From NCBI GenBank assembly GCA_051439505.1, contig JBFRWI010000028.1:1-52055 (forward strand): 52,055 nt of DNA, read 5' to 3'. Both the position numbers and the translations under genes were made by a program. This document shows, piece after piece, positions 8,333 through 19,135 of the stretch. The notes beneath the pieces are model-generated. The model was given only the letters and a program-made list of their open reading frames with translations. It had not been told where the DNA came from and ran no database searches. The stretch's first letter is position 1. Every line of letters begins with the position of its first letter. Source of the DNA: Hormoscilla sp. GTDB lineage: Bacteria > Cyanobacteriota > Cyanobacteriia > Cyanobacteriales > Desertifilaceae.

Positions 8333-10675
8333 TTAGACGAGATCGAATGATTGCAGGAAGCTGAGTACGCTAGCGGCATCGGTACGGGTGGCATCTGGGG
8401 CGATCGCATCTTGAATGAGAGCATCACCTGTAAAACCAAACAGATAGCGGATCGTCAGAATGCCATCAGTAAGAGCGTCTGCCATGCCATTGCTATCCAC
8501 ATCTAGCATGGTATCGCGGGCCCTGTCCAGATAGGCTGTAATTTCTGAGGCTGTAGTCCGGGTGGCATCAGGGGCGATCGCATCTTGAATGAGAGCATCA
8601 CCTGTAAAACCAAACAGATAACGGATGGCCAAGATGCCATCTGTGAGGGCATCTGTTTCACCGTTGTCGTCGATGTCCAGATTTACCGGATTTACCACAT
8701 CATCATTATCGATGATTTCTAGAGTAGCTGTCCCTTGGTTACCCGTTTGAGTCCCGATACTGAGATTAGCTAAAGTGAGAGTCAGGTTTTCGGTGTCTTC
8801 TGCAATGTCATCGTCGTTGATGGGAATGGCGATCGTGGCAGTGGTCTGTTCGGGAGCAAATTCAAGGGCGATCGTGCTATTATCGAAATCCACTGCCTCG
8901 GGGGGAGTGCCTCCTGTTGCGGTGCCATCGCTTAACTGCACCTCGACTGTAGATGTCCCGCTAATATCCCCACTGCGGTTGATAGTAATATCGAATGATG
9001 TGAAGCTACCATCTTCATTGACCTGGTAGGTAGCTTGAGAAAATTCTACTGTTGCTGCGGTCAGCAGCACCGAGACATCGTCTCCAAACCGGTTCGCCGT
9101 GACTAGATCTAGTCCGCCATAGTTGTTCAATTCTGCCACGGCGATGAATTCCGGACCACCCGTTACGTCCAACCGAATGTCACTGGCAAAGGTACCATCT
9201 CCGGCACCTAATAGGACTGAGACAGTACTCCCTCGCTTATTTCCGGTAACAATGTCAATGTTACCATCAGCATCCAGGTCGGCTACGGCGACGGACTGGG
9301 GACCATTTCTGACGTTAAAGTTAGTCGCTTCCGAAAAGCTGCCATTTCCAACACCTAATAGCACTGAGACATTGTCGCTGTCATAGTTTGACATGACGAT
9401 GTCACTGTTGCCATCCCCGTCGAAGTCCGCCACAGCTATTCCCCGAGGCCCACTTTCTTCCCCCACGTCAAGGTTAATAGCATTGCCAAAGCTGCCATCC
9501 CCTGCACCTAATAAGACTGAGGCGCTGTTCGATACCCGGTTTGCTACTGTAATATCCAGGTTGCCATCGCCATTGAAGTCTGCTACCGCGATCGGGACAG
9601 GGGCCTCTTCTACAGGAAAGTTAGTTGCACCTGCGAAGCTACCATCTCCTGCACCCAATAGCACCGAGACATTGTTGTCCCCACGGTTTGCTACTGCTAG
9701 ATCCAGGTTACCATCGCCGTCGAAGTCTCCCAGGGCGATCGACCTAGGTTGAGAACCTGTGGTAAAGTTTATCCGAGGGTCAAATGTGCCATTACCATTG
9801 CCCAACAGCACTGATACATTATTGGAGTCTATGTTTGCTACTGCTAGATCTAGAAACCCGTCTCCGTTCAAGAAACCTACCGCCACATAATATGGTGCAT
9901 TCCCTGCTACCAACTGCGCTGGTTCGCTAAAGTTTCCTTCTCCATTGCCTAACAGAACTGAGACGTTATTGGAGTCGCTGTTCGCCACTGCCAGATCCAG
10001 GTTACCATCCCCATTGAAGTCTCCCACGGACACCGTGCGGGAAGAGTCTCCCGTGGGAAAGTCGATCGCATCCTGAAAGGAGACGAAAACTCCTGGATAA
10101 TTCTGGATGATTTCGGGTTTAAATGCTAGTTCTATGGGGCGATCGCTCTTTGGGAACCTGCTTTCTAGCTGCCAAGTACCTCCCAGAGTTTCATTTCCCA
10201 CTCGCCCTGCTGACGATCTCACCTCTGCAGCTGTCAGTTGATGCAGAAGTTCGGCGAAGGAAGTTTCCTGGCTGACATTACAAGCATACAGGATAATCTC
10301 AGTAACTCCCCACTCTTGTAGCTGGTGGCTGTATGAAGCTATGTTATCCTGAGTTAGGGCATCTCGTCCTATATATAAGCGACCCGGTGCCCCGTGGCCA
10401 ACTATATGTAGACTTGTAATTTCGATATCTCGTGCTAGGGCCTGAGTTATTTGGTCAACCCCATCGATATCTGTTTCCAGGATCTGAACCTGGACCCCGC
10501 TGGGTACTCCTGCGGCTAGCATTTGGTAGTCTTGGACTCTGGGGTCGATGACCAGTAGCTTTTTCTCACTTGGGAGTGGTTGTAAGCTAGTCTGATTTTT
10601 TGGTAGAAGTCCTGCTTGAGTCATTTTGGGATCCTCGACTCTCTGGGGTTTCAAATTATTTGCTTCTGCTAGCAT
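8333..10675 (-). CDS. DUF4347 + FG-GAP/VCBS repeats + Calx-beta + C-terminal duplicated Ca-binding repeat protein (putative adhesin)
   Basis: DUF4347 motifs (LHIVGHGAPG, ILYACNV, LGGTWQLE), about seven DFNGDGNLDL-type repeats, Calx-beta (VEFSQATYQVNED...INDDDIAEDTENLTLTL), and two LD(I/V)DxNGxxDALTDGIL repeats. Confidence 0.88.
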   Translation of the reverse strand: MLAEANNLKPQRVEDPKMTQAGLLPKNQTSLQPLPSEKKLLVIDPRVQDYQMLAAGVPSGVQVQILETDIDGVDQITQALARDIEITSLHIVGHGAPGRLYIGRDALTQDNIASYSHQLQEWGVTEIILYACNVSQETSFAELLHQLTAAEVRSSAGRVGNETLGGTWQLESRFPKSDRPIELAFKPEIIQNYPGVFVSFQDAIDFPTGDSSRTVSVGDFNGDGNLDLAVANSDSNNVSVLLGNGEGNFSEPAQLVAGNAPYYVAVGFLNGDGFLDLAVANIDSNNVSVLLGNGNGTFDPRINFTTGSQPRSIALGDFDGDGNLDLAVANRGDNNVSVLLGAGDGSFAGATNFPVEEAPVPIAVADFNGDGNLDITVANRVSNSASVLLGAGDGSFGNAINLDVGEESGPRGIAVADFDGDGNSDIVMSNYDSDNVSVLLGVGNGSFSEATNFNVRNGPQSVAVADLDADGNIDIVTGNKRGSTVSVLLGAGDGTFASDIRLDVTGGPEFIAVAELNNYGGLDLVTANRFGDDVSVLLTAATVEFSQATYQVNEDGSFTSFDITINRSGDISGTSTVEVQLSDGTATGGTPPEAVDFDNSTIALEFAPEQTTATIAIPINDDDIAEDTENLTLTLANLSIGTQTGNQGTATLEIIDNDDVVNPVNLDIDDNGETDALTDGILAIRYLFGFTGDALIQDAIAPDATRTTASEITAYLDRARDTMLDVDSNGMADALTDGILTIRYLFGFTGDALIQDAIAPDATRTDAASVLSFLQSFDLV

Positions 10676-11018
10676 AACCCATCTTCTGACTTAATAATGT
10701 TAACTTTTGTAAATCATCGGCACCGTTTGTAGTAAGCGCAAAGCGCGCTTGCCTCCGGTTAATGTGGGCGAAATGGACAATTTATAATTAGCCATTAGCT
10801 ATTGTGGTGGTATATGCATGTGGGCGATCGCCCAACAAGCTTGTCCCTTGTTGTCTATTTCCTGCCCGGTAAATATTTTTCTCAAAGCATGTCAATTCTG
10901 TTTATTGATGGGAGCTAATAATTAATTTTGTTCGGTAACAAATGTTTGCTAAACTGATACTACTCGTAAGGTGCCACGCGGTTTATTTAAGAAACTGCGC
11001 TAGTCTATCGAACAAAAA

Positions 11019-11749
11019 TTAGCTAAGTTCTAAGAACTTATGACTCATGCGATCGCCATACCGATACAGATCGATTAATCGATAGCCACTGCGACGAAAA
11101 ACGCGATAATGATCGATGCAAACCGTCAGCACGATAAAAAGATAATTCCCAATGTTTTTCGCTTTTTTGTGCCAATGTTTTTGATGTTCTCGTAAGCGTT
11201 TTAACTGATATACGTGAAAGTAAATATGCTGCAATTCGTCCTTGAGAATTTGTTCGCAAAGTTTCTGTAAAAGAGGCGATTGAGTCGCTGCTTGCAGGGC
11301 TTGAAATCAATCGTCGCGATAATTTCTGCTGTCAACAGAACTCGCAGAGCAATCTCTAAATTGACGCCGCGACGAAAGCGACGGAAAAGGCGATCGGACC
11401 AATGTTTTTTCCGCAGGGGAATTCCCTCGCGCTGTAGAAAATTGCCTAAATCTCGGGCGTGGCGCTGTTCCTCGCCGATAAATAATTTCATGGCTTGGAA
11501 AAATTCTGTATCCCCCGATCGCTCTACATCGCTTCGCGTTGCTTTAAGTAAATTTGTACCTTCCGATTGTTCACCGAGTTGGAATTTTTGGATGGAATGA
11601 GCGATCGCAGCTTTTTCCTCAGCAGTTAAAAAATAGGGAGTATTCCAAGGGAGCGCTAAGAGATTATAGCGGTTATCCTCGAAATAGGCAAGCCAGTCAG
11701 CAGAGGTTTGCGGCGCTTTGACGGAGGGGAAGGTCACAGAAGTTGTCAT
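11019..11749 (-). pseudogene. Frameshifted ferritin-like domain gene
   Basis: 5' frame has FQLGEQSEG, EEQRH and LLTAEIIA. After a shift near 11305 it continues QALQAATQSPLLQKLCEQILKDELQH (second ExxH) to the stop at 11019. Confidence 0.8.
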
Positions 11750-11903
11750 AAAATTTACTGATGTCGGTGAATTAGCAGCAAACTCGGTCAAAATTAGAGA
11801 CTTTTATTGCCGATCTAAAAAACGATATCGAGGCAAATATATCCTCCTTCATCACAAACCAGACATAATTCTACATTCTCAATTTACCATTCACCATTCT
11901 CCA

Positions 11904-11952
11904 AAATCAAATACCCCCTAGCTGGGGCGAACAGCTAGGGGGTATTTGATTT
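11904..11952 (-). terminator. 21-bp perfect inverted repeat downstream of ssrA
   Basis: AAATCAAATACCCCCTAGCTG (11904-11924) pairs with CAGCTAGGGGGTATTTGATTT (11932-11952). Confidence 0.75.
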
Positions 11953-11966
11953 CGAACTCAATGAAG

Positions 11967-12351
11967 TGGAGCTGGGCAGAATCGAACTGCCGTCCGCATC
12001 AGTTATTGACATTCCGATCGTTCACAGGCTTAGCCCTTCTAACCCTCGGGGCGGGAACCATCCATTATCCCGGATGACAGGATGCTCTGGTGAGTTCTTT
12101 GCTAGTTAGTTTACCAGAGACAACTGACTAGCGCATCCGTTGGGGTTTTGTCTGCAATCCTTAACGGAGTCAAACTGCAGACGCTCGAACCTATGAGAGG
12201 TTTTTAGGCAACCGCAGCTGCTTTACGAGCAAAAGGAACTACATTGTTCGCAGTTACATTTTTGTTTGAGCCGATATTTACGAGAGGAGACTCACTCTCG
12301 ACCTGAATCACGGAGCAGCTTTCGCTAACACGTCGAAGCCATTGCAGCCCC
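11967..12351 (-). ncRNA. ssrA: tmRNA (one-piece)
   Basis: 5' end GGGGCTGCAATGGCTTCGAC; 3' T-arm and acceptor GGCAGTTCGATTCTGCCCAGCTCCA (CCA not encoded); tag ORF 12251-12204 reads ANNVVPFARKAAAVA*. Confidence 0.97.
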
Positions 12352-12465
12352 ATGTCTTACTTTTCCCATTCTGGCTTAGATATTGGCAACTGTCAAGGGG
12401 TAATTACGTAAATTTTGTAGTAATTTACTTACATCTACAGTTACATCTGGTGGGCGGTGCCCACC

Positions 12466-13527
12466 CTACTGGACATTCTTACTTATCAACCGGGCCAGGG
12501 TCGCCTCCATCACCTGCGGTGTTTGACCGGAGACCGTGTAGACCATAGCTTCCCGGTAGACTCGCTGGGCCGGATGGTCGGAGTAGTTGGCCGCACCGCT
12601 GGAAACCGCCACAGCAGCATGGGCACAACGGACTGCTAGATCTATGGCCCAAGCCCTCAGTTGCAGGCGATCGTCAAAGGAGTCCTGGGGACCGGCTGCC
12701 ATAATTGCACGATCGCAGTTAGTCAGTTCTCGATTTAAGGATATCCAGGCATCGCCAATAAAAGGCAAGTCTTTTACATTCGCCGTATTTTCCACGATAT
12801 CCAGACCGGCTCTAGCGCATCCCAGGGCAAAAAAACTGTGATGAAGGACATTATTCTTGCCATTTTCCCGGTACCAGTCTGCTGGCTTGATGGAGACTAC
12901 TTGCTGTTGGGGTAGGAAGCAGTTCTTGATGACAGCTGTGACAGTGTTAGTGGAGGTCATTGCTGCCAGTTCCATGGGCTCTGAGAAGGTAATGTTTGAG
13001 GTTTTTCTCAAAGGCATGAGACCGAACAGGGCCCTACCATCCGGTAAGGTGGCTCCGATCATAAACTCCTGAAACAAGCCAAAACCCGTTATCCAGGGAA
13101 CCTTGCCATCGATCTGATACCCGCCCTCTACTGGTAAGGCTTTCACTAGGGGAGGGCCGGGACGCCGCAGTTGGGAAACGCCGACTCCTAATAATACCTC
13201 ACCATTACTCATATAAGGTAGATATGCGCTCTTGAGAGCCTCATTGTCACTACCGGCGATCCTGCTGGCGGCACTCTGGTGCTGGGTTTGCAGGAAAGCT
13301 AAGGCTCCGCTATATCTAGCTACTAGCTGCTGAAAGGCACGATAGGTCCCGATGTCTACTTCCGGACCTCCCCAGTCCTGAGGAACCATCAAACCTAATA
13401 ATGAGCGCGATCCCAGTCCTGTTAAGGCTGCTTTCAGGGCCACCGGTTCCCGATCGATCGCCCCTGCCTGGGGTGCTACTGCTACTTGCAGATAGGATGA
13501 GGCTAAGTCGAGAATATGTTGATTCAT
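12466..13527 (-). CDS. Acyl-CoA dehydrogenase family protein
   Basis: GLMVPQDWGG, IDGKVPWITG and SSGAANYSDHPAQRVYREA match ACAD fold motifs. Confidence 0.88.
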   Translation of the reverse strand: MNQHILDLASSYLQVAVAPQAGAIDREPVALKAALTGLGSRSLLGLMVPQDWGGPEVDIGTYRAFQQLVARYSGALAFLQTQHQSAASRIAGSDNEALKSAYLPYMSNGEVLLGVGVSQLRRPGPPLVKALPVEGGYQIDGKVPWITGFGLFQEFMIGATLPDGRALFGLMPLRKTSNITFSEPMELAAMTSTNTVTAVIKNCFLPQQQVVSIKPADWYRENGKNNVLHHSFFALGCARAGLDIVENTANVKDLPFIGDAWISLNRELTNCDRAIMAAGPQDSFDDRLQLRAWAIDLAVRCAHAAVAVSSGAANYSDHPAQRVYREAMVYTVSGQTPQVMEATLARLISKNVQ

Positions 13528-13756
13528 AGCTCAATTATAAATATCTTGTGAAGATTCTCAATCATCTATCAATCCGATCGAGGGGGATGTCACACTGATC
13601 GGATGGCAGCCGGGGTGCTAAAATTTTTTGGGCATTTCCCAAGCTTAAATCTATCTTTAGGCGAGCTGGCCTTCTGACTGGCAAGATGTAATTTATAATT
13701 ATAAGTAGTCCGAGGGACTGCGGTATCCTTGGCAATAGATATCTGTATGATTTTTC

Positions 13757-15331
13757 ATGAAAAGTAGGAGACTGTCAGTGCCATCAGAATTGACTCAGGA
13801 GCTATTACAGCAATTTACCCAGCTAATTGCTAACTATACTGGTTGGCGCTTCCGGGCCCAAGACCAGCCATCTGTATCTGAGAAAATCGCTTTCCGGTGC
13901 CAGGCACTGAAATTATCCGGACCAGAGGCTTATTATCAACTGTTATCCTCTAATAGCAATGATAGTCAGCGGGAATGGCAGCAACTGGCCCTACTGTTGA
14001 CAATTGGGGAAACTTACTTTTTTCGCGATCGGGGCGTTTTTGACCTCCTGCGCGATCGCCTGCTACCCGAATTAATTTCCCGGAACTCGGCCACCCGTTC
14101 GCTTGCTATTTACAGTGCGGGCTGTTCTACGGGGGAAGAAGCCTATTCCCTAGCGATTATGCTGGCAGAATTGCTTCCCGATTTGCCGAAATGGCGGCTG
14201 TTCATTCTGGGTACAGATATAAATCAAGTGGCGATCGCTAAAGCCCAACGAGGCATTTATGGTCCCTGGTCCTTTCGCGCGGTCCCACCTGAAATCCAGC
14301 AGCGCTATTTTCGTCAGGTTGACAAACATACCTGGCAACTGGACGATCGCATTCGTCGCCTGGTCACCTTCCGCTATGAAAATTTGCTGTCCCACCCGCA
14401 AGATAACCTTTACAGCCTAGATTTGATTTTGTGCCGTAATGTTTTTGTCTATTTTACCCCTGATGCCATTGCCACTGTCTTAAACAAGTTCTGTAATCTG
14501 CTCAAACCAGATGGCTATCTAATCCCCGGTCACAATGAACTCTACGGTCATAATCTCGGCAACCTCGTTACCAGGGTATTTCCAGAATCTGTCGTCTATC
14601 AGCGCCCCATTACATCTCAATTTCATTACCCCCATCCTCGGCCCCACTCTCAAGAGTGGGACTACAAGAACAAAGCAAAGTCATTGCGATTTTTCGGGCA
14701 GGCGCAGCCCTCTGCGCAGCTTAGCAACCGCCGGCACGGGCTAAGGACCCCATCGAAGCCAACAACGGATGTGCTCCACAAAACCTCTGATTCCTCTTCT
14801 GGGTTAAGGAGTACCGACGCCACTTTAGATGATAGTACCTATGCCGCCATGCTGCAAGCCGCCTCAAATCTTTTTCGGAATAAACATTATCCCGAAGCAT
14901 TGCAAACAGCATTAGAATTGCTAGAGTTGCACCCAGAACATTTTGCGACGTATCATCTCATAGCTCGGGTTTATGCGAATTTAGGAGACTTAACCCAGGC
15001 ATTAAAATACTGTCAGCTAGCTTTGTCAGTTAACCCCTTGTCAACTAAAATCTACTCTCTGTTAGCACATATTGCTGAAGAACAGGGAAATATTGAAGAT
15101 GCTAAGATGTTTTGGAAGCGGATCATATATTTAAACCAGACCGCAGTTTCGGCCTATATTGAACTGGGTTCCCTTTATGCTAAAGAAGGTGATAGGACGC
15201 GGTCCACGAAAATGTGGACTGTAGCCTTGGATTTGCTGAAAAAACTTCCCGAGCGGGCGATCGTAGAAGAACACTGTACAATGACGGCTGGAGAATTGCT
15301 ACCGCTGGTGGCTAAAAGATTGGCAAATTAG
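13757..15331 (+). CDS. cheR: CheR-type methyltransferase with C-terminal TPR repeats
   Basis: TIGETYFFRD, SAGCSTGEEAYS, GTDIN and DLILCRNV motifs, then TPR helices. Confidence 0.92.
   Translation: MKSRRLSVPSELTQELLQQFTQLIANYTGWRFRAQDQPSVSEKIAFRCQALKLSGPEAYYQLLSSNSNDSQREWQQLALLLTIGETYFFRDRGVFDLLRDRLLPELISRNSATRSLAIYSAGCSTGEEAYSLAIMLAELLPDLPKWRLFILGTDINQVAIAKAQRGIYGPWSFRAVPPEIQQRYFRQVDKHTWQLDDRIRRLVTFRYENLLSHPQDNLYSLDLILCRNVFVYFTPDAIATVLNKFCNLLKPDGYLIPGHNELYGHNLGNLVTRVFPESVVYQRPITSQFHYPHPRPHSQEWDYKNKAKSLRFFGQAQPSAQLSNRRHGLRTPSKPTTDVLHKTSDSSSGLRSTDATLDDSTYAAMLQAASNLFRNKHYPEALQTALELLELHPEHFATYHLIARVYANLGDLTQALKYCQLALSVNPLSTKIYSLLAHIAEEQGNIEDAKMFWKRIIYLNQTAVSAYIELGSLYAKEGDRTRSTKMWTVALDLLKKLPERAIVEEHCTMTAGELLPLVAKRLAN
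14643..14744. repeat. Composite repeat inserted in frame in the cheR interdomain linker
   Basis: Palindrome CCCACTCTCAAGAGTGGG-ACTAC, a GTCATTGCGA...AGCAA segment shared with the variable-loop family, and a CGGGCTAA end resembling TTAGCCCG at ~23473. Confidence 0.6.
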
Positions 15332-15349
15332 CGAGCGATTAAAGTAAAG

Positions 15350-16387
15350 ATGAATGCAGCGCAACCATATATTATTTTTAGTCTCAACAATGTCCGCTAT
15401 GGGCTGTTAGCAATATGTGTAGAAGAAGTTTTGGCCCTGCCAGAGTTAAAGCCAGTAGTAGAAGCCCCCTTAGATATTGTTGGCCTGATGAATCTGCGGG
15501 GAGAAATTATCCCAGTGATGGACTTGAATCGGCGCTTTGGGGATCGAATCCAGCCCTACTCACTGACTGATTGCTTGATAGTATTGAAGTGGAAAAATGT
15601 GCGCCTAGGGGCGATCGTTAATCAAGTACATAATGTAGAGAACATCGAGACTATTTCTCATAATATTGACTACGGGCGAGAGTCGAGAGAAAGTCGTTTT
15701 GTGGCTAGGATTGTCCAGGTAGAAGCCAATATCGTGATGCTGATCGATCACGAAAATTTAATTCGCTACTCTGAACCTATTTTACCCTCGGGTAAAGAAG
15801 AAACTCACTCAGATACTCTCAAAGAAAAAGCACCAGACAGAGAAAGGGCACATATATTCTGTCCGGAAGCCACAGCAGAAGAGAGGGAAATATTTCAGGC
15901 GAGGGCTGAGAACTTAAAAAATCAAATCGAAGGTTCCGATTTAACTGGTTTAATGCCCGTGGCGGTAATTGGTTTAAATGAGGAATATTTTGGACTCGAC
16001 TTGGGAGTGGTACGCGAGTTTACTGAAATCACTCAAGTCACTCCTATTCCCTGTTGTCCGCCTCATATTGTTGGCAATATGAATCTGCGGGGCGAGATTG
16101 TTACCTTAGTGGATATTCGTTCAGTCTTGAATCTGACAAGGAATAATGCTATAAAGGCATCTAAGGCAATGGTAGTTCAGATTGATGACTTGGTGGCGGG
16201 GGTGACGGTCGATCGGGTATTTGACGTCATGTACCTCTCACAAATTAGACCAGTACCCTCAGCTGTTCATTCTTCTCAGTCGGAATTCCTGCGAGGTACA
16301 GCTATCTATGGAGAAAAGATGATGAGTATTCTGGATATCCCGAAAATTATCGTTCAAGGGGGATTAATTGTTGATGAAGAAGTTTGA
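15350..16387 (+). CDS. cheW: Double-domain CheW
   Basis: Two CheW signatures, GLMNLRGEIIPVMDL and GNMNLRGEIVTLVDI. Confidence 0.93.
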   Translation: MNAAQPYIIFSLNNVRYGLLAICVEEVLALPELKPVVEAPLDIVGLMNLRGEIIPVMDLNRRFGDRIQPYSLTDCLIVLKWKNVRLGAIVNQVHNVENIETISHNIDYGRESRESRFVARIVQVEANIVMLIDHENLIRYSEPILPSGKEETHSDTLKEKAPDRERAHIFCPEATAEEREIFQARAENLKNQIEGSDLTGLMPVAVIGLNEEYFGLDLGVVREFTEITQVTPIPCCPPHIVGNMNLRGEIVTLVDIRSVLNLTRNNAIKASKAMVVQIDDLVAGVTVDRVFDVMYLSQIRPVPSAVHSSQSEFLRGTAIYGEKMMSILDIPKIIVQGGLIVDEEV

Positions 16388-16494
16388 TATTATCTTTGTA
16401 AGTAGTTAGTTGTCAGTAGTTAGTTGACTATTTAATCAAGCTTACAGGGAAATACTTGTTTGTCAAAAAAAAAAGTCAAATAACCAGCAAAAAT

Positions 16495-18288
16495 ATGTTA
16501 GAAAAATCGGCATCGCCATCATCAGGCCGGAGTTTAAGAACTAAAGTTGTAGCAGCAGCGATCGCGCTCGGCACCTTGCCGGTGTTAGTAATTGGGGGAG
16601 TAGCATACCACTTTACTAACCAAACAATTACAAGGCAAGTTTTAGAGTCAAAGAAAGTTAATGCTGTCAATCTAGCCGACAATGTAAACCAGTTTATCCT
16701 TGAGCGCTATGGAGACATTCAGGTATTGGCTAGATTACCTATTTTCGTGGACCCTCGCATCAGAAAAACTGCTCCTTTTCAGCAGAAAGAGGATTTGCTA
16801 AACTCCTTCATCCAAGCCTATAGCGTCTATGACAGTATTGCTGTCTTCGATCTCAAGGGGGATATAATTGTCAAATCATCAGGGGAGGCAATAGGCAACC
16901 ACAGCGATCGCAATTATTTTCAGGAGGTTCTCCAGACCGATCGCCCCTTTGTCAGCGAACCCCAGTTATCAAAAACTACTGGCGGTTTGGCAATCTATAT
17001 GGCTCTACCAATTAAAGACACCGCTACAGGCAAAACCATTGCCATCGTCCGTTCGCGAATGCCGATAAAAGCCTTAGAGCAACTGGTGTCAAGCGTCAGC
17101 TCGGAAGATCACTTACATTTAGTTGATGCATCGGGTAAATTTATCATCGGTCATGAACCGTCAGAATTTGGGAAAAATATCGAAAGAGAGTATTCAGATT
17201 TTGCTGAAATAGCAGTAAGGCCAGATGCGATCATCACAAATAATCATCTGACACAAGAGAAGATTGTACTTGCTGCCGCTCCAACTACAGAATTAGCAAA
17301 TCGGTTATCTTTGAACTGGGTAGCTGTAATAGAGATAGAGCGAGAAGTAGCTTTGGCCGCATCTAATCAGTTGTTACTCACTATTAGTATGGGAACTCTG
17401 GTGATAGCTTTGGTAGTAGGAGCGATCGCGGCCTTATTGAGTATTTTCTTCACGGAGCCATTGGTTCAGCGGATCGATAAGATTGTTGATATAATTGCCA
17501 AGGTCGCCGCTGAGATTGCTGCCGCAGTGGAACAACGGGAAGAGGCAGTTACCAACCAGGCATCTTCTGTCAATGAAACTACCACGACAATAGATGAATT
17601 GGGTGCTTCTTCCCGACAGGTGGCCCAACAAGCAGAAGCAGCGGCATCTGGCGCTCAACAGGCCCTGAATCTGGCCCGGGGAGGCACCGCAGCAGTGGAA
17701 CGTACCCTGGAAGAGATGGGAGAACTAAAAGAAAAAGTCGGCGCGATCGCCCAACAAATTTCTCTATTGAGTACGCAAACGGATCAAATTGGCAACATTT
17801 CCGTCTTGGTAAGCGATTTAGCTTCCCAGACGAATATGCTAGCATTAAATGCCGCCGTCGAAGCAGTTAGAGCTGGCGAACATGGTAGGGGGTTTGCCGT
17901 TGTTGCTAGTGAAATTAGGAAATTAGCCGACCAAAGCAAGAAATCTGCGGCTCGCATTAGCGAACTGGTTACAGACCTGCAATCATCAATCAATTCTACA
18001 GTGATTGTCACATCGTCGGGGTCGAAAAAGGTAGAATCAGGAGTGGAAATAGCTCATCAAACAGCCGATGCTTTTACTGGGGTGGCCGAAGCAGTTAATG
18101 ATGTGGTGTTGAATAATCAACAAATATCATTTAATATTAAACAACAGGCGATCGCCATAAGCAAAGTAGTTGAAGCGATGAACGTTATCAACCAGGAAGC
18201 TAAAGAAACTACCAGTAGCATTGGTCAAACAAAACTCGGCACCCAAAAGTTGAAGAACACTGCCGAGGAACTAAAAAGGATTGTCTAG
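16495..18288 (+). CDS. Methyl-accepting chemotaxis protein with periplasmic Cache domain
   Basis: Two TM helices, Cache-like SDRNYFQ, signalling hairpin QTNMLALNAAVEAVRAGEHGRGFAVVASEIRKLA. Start is ATG 16495 or TTG 16456. Confidence 0.93.
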   Translation: MLEKSASPSSGRSLRTKVVAAAIALGTLPVLVIGGVAYHFTNQTITRQVLESKKVNAVNLADNVNQFILERYGDIQVLARLPIFVDPRIRKTAPFQQKEDLLNSFIQAYSVYDSIAVFDLKGDIIVKSSGEAIGNHSDRNYFQEVLQTDRPFVSEPQLSKTTGGLAIYMALPIKDTATGKTIAIVRSRMPIKALEQLVSSVSSEDHLHLVDASGKFIIGHEPSEFGKNIEREYSDFAEIAVRPDAIITNNHLTQEKIVLAAAPTTELANRLSLNWVAVIEIEREVALAASNQLLLTISMGTLVIALVVGAIAALLSIFFTEPLVQRIDKIVDIIAKVAAEIAAAVEQREEAVTNQASSVNETTTTIDELGASSRQVAQQAEAAASGAQQALNLARGGTAAVERTLEEMGELKEKVGAIAQQISLLSTQTDQIGNISVLVSDLASQTNMLALNAAVEAVRAGEHGRGFAVVASEIRKLADQSKKSAARISELVTDLQSSINSTVIVTSSGSKKVESGVEIAHQTADAFTGVAEAVNDVVLNNQQISFNIKQQAIAISKVVEAMNVINQEAKETTSSIGQTKLGTQKLKNTAEELKRIV

Positions 18289-18290
18289 CA

Positions 18291-19133
18291 TTGAAGATGA
18301 TGGAGAAAATGTTTAAGAAAGCTTTGTGGATGGGATTGATGGGATCATGCGCGATCGCCATGTCCAGTTGTAGCAGCGCTCGAACGGAAAATCAGACGCC
18401 AGATGAAATCAAAATAGGTGGCTCATCGGAAGCTTACCCAGTCTTAGAAGTCTTGACAGCAGCTTACCAGACCAAAGGGGAAAATAGGAAAATTACTTTT
18501 CTTCCCAGTTCTCAAACCAGTGGTGGTATCCAAGGCGTGCGAGACGAAGCGATCGATATTGGTCTGGTCAGTCGGGAATTGACAAAAGCAGAAACAAGTG
18601 GTAAGCTAGAATATAGACCGCTAGTTAAGGAAGCCCTGGTCCTAGTTACTCATTCAAGCGTGACCGGAGTCACGAATCTAGATCGGGAGCAACTGCAAGG
18701 GATCTACAGCGGTGCGATTAATAACTGGCAGGATCTAGGGGGACCGGATGCAGAAATTATCTTGCTGGATGTGGCAGAAGATGAAAATGAAAAGCAACTG
18801 TTACGGGAACATTATCTGGGACAAACAAAAGTGCGATCGACAGCCATCATCTTTTCAGAAGACGATGAGGTGATAGAGGCGGTGGCAACGCAGCCTTACA
18901 GCATCGGACCGGTCCCACTACAGGCAGAACTGGCAGAACGGCCAGTTAATATCCTGAGTCTGAATGGAATTGCTCCGACTCCTACCAATATCAGCAATGG
19001 CAAGTATAAAATGCTATTAACGATCGGAATCGTCTTTCCCTCTCAACCACAGCCCCCAGTTCAAGACTTCATCAATTTTATCTTCAGTCCAGAAGGAGTG
19101 CAAAAAATAGAGTCAAGAGAAAATGGAGAATAG
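18291..19133 (+). CDS. PstS-like periplasmic substrate-binding lipoprotein
   Basis: Lipobox-like MSSC, IKIGGSS, DIGLVSREL and IYSGAINNWQDLGG; no pstCAB permease genes adjacent. Confidence 0.82.
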   Translation: MKMMEKMFKKALWMGLMGSCAIAMSSCSSARTENQTPDEIKIGGSSEAYPVLEVLTAAYQTKGENRKITFLPSSQTSGGIQGVRDEAIDIGLVSRELTKAETSGKLEYRPLVKEALVLVTHSSVTGVTNLDREQLQGIYSGAINNWQDLGGPDAEIILLDVAEDENEKQLLREHYLGQTKVRSTAIIFSEDDEVIEAVATQPYSIGPVPLQAELAERPVNILSLNGIAPTPTNISNGKYKMLLTIGIVFPSQPQPPVQDFINFIFSPEGVQKIESRENGE

Positions 19134-19135
19134 TT

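Noticed and set aside
8333..11967. Genomic island integrated at the ssrA 3' end
   Set aside because: I found no duplicated ssrA 3' fragment and no integrase, and HIP1 sites occur in the region as in the backbone.
11967..11996. A tRNA gene
   Set aside because: This T-arm and acceptor end belong to the tmRNA, whose 5' end and tag ORF are present upstream.
18291..19133. Calling this gene pstS of a phosphate ABC transporter
   Set aside because: No pstCAB is adjacent and the ligand cannot be determined from sequence; kept as PstS-like.
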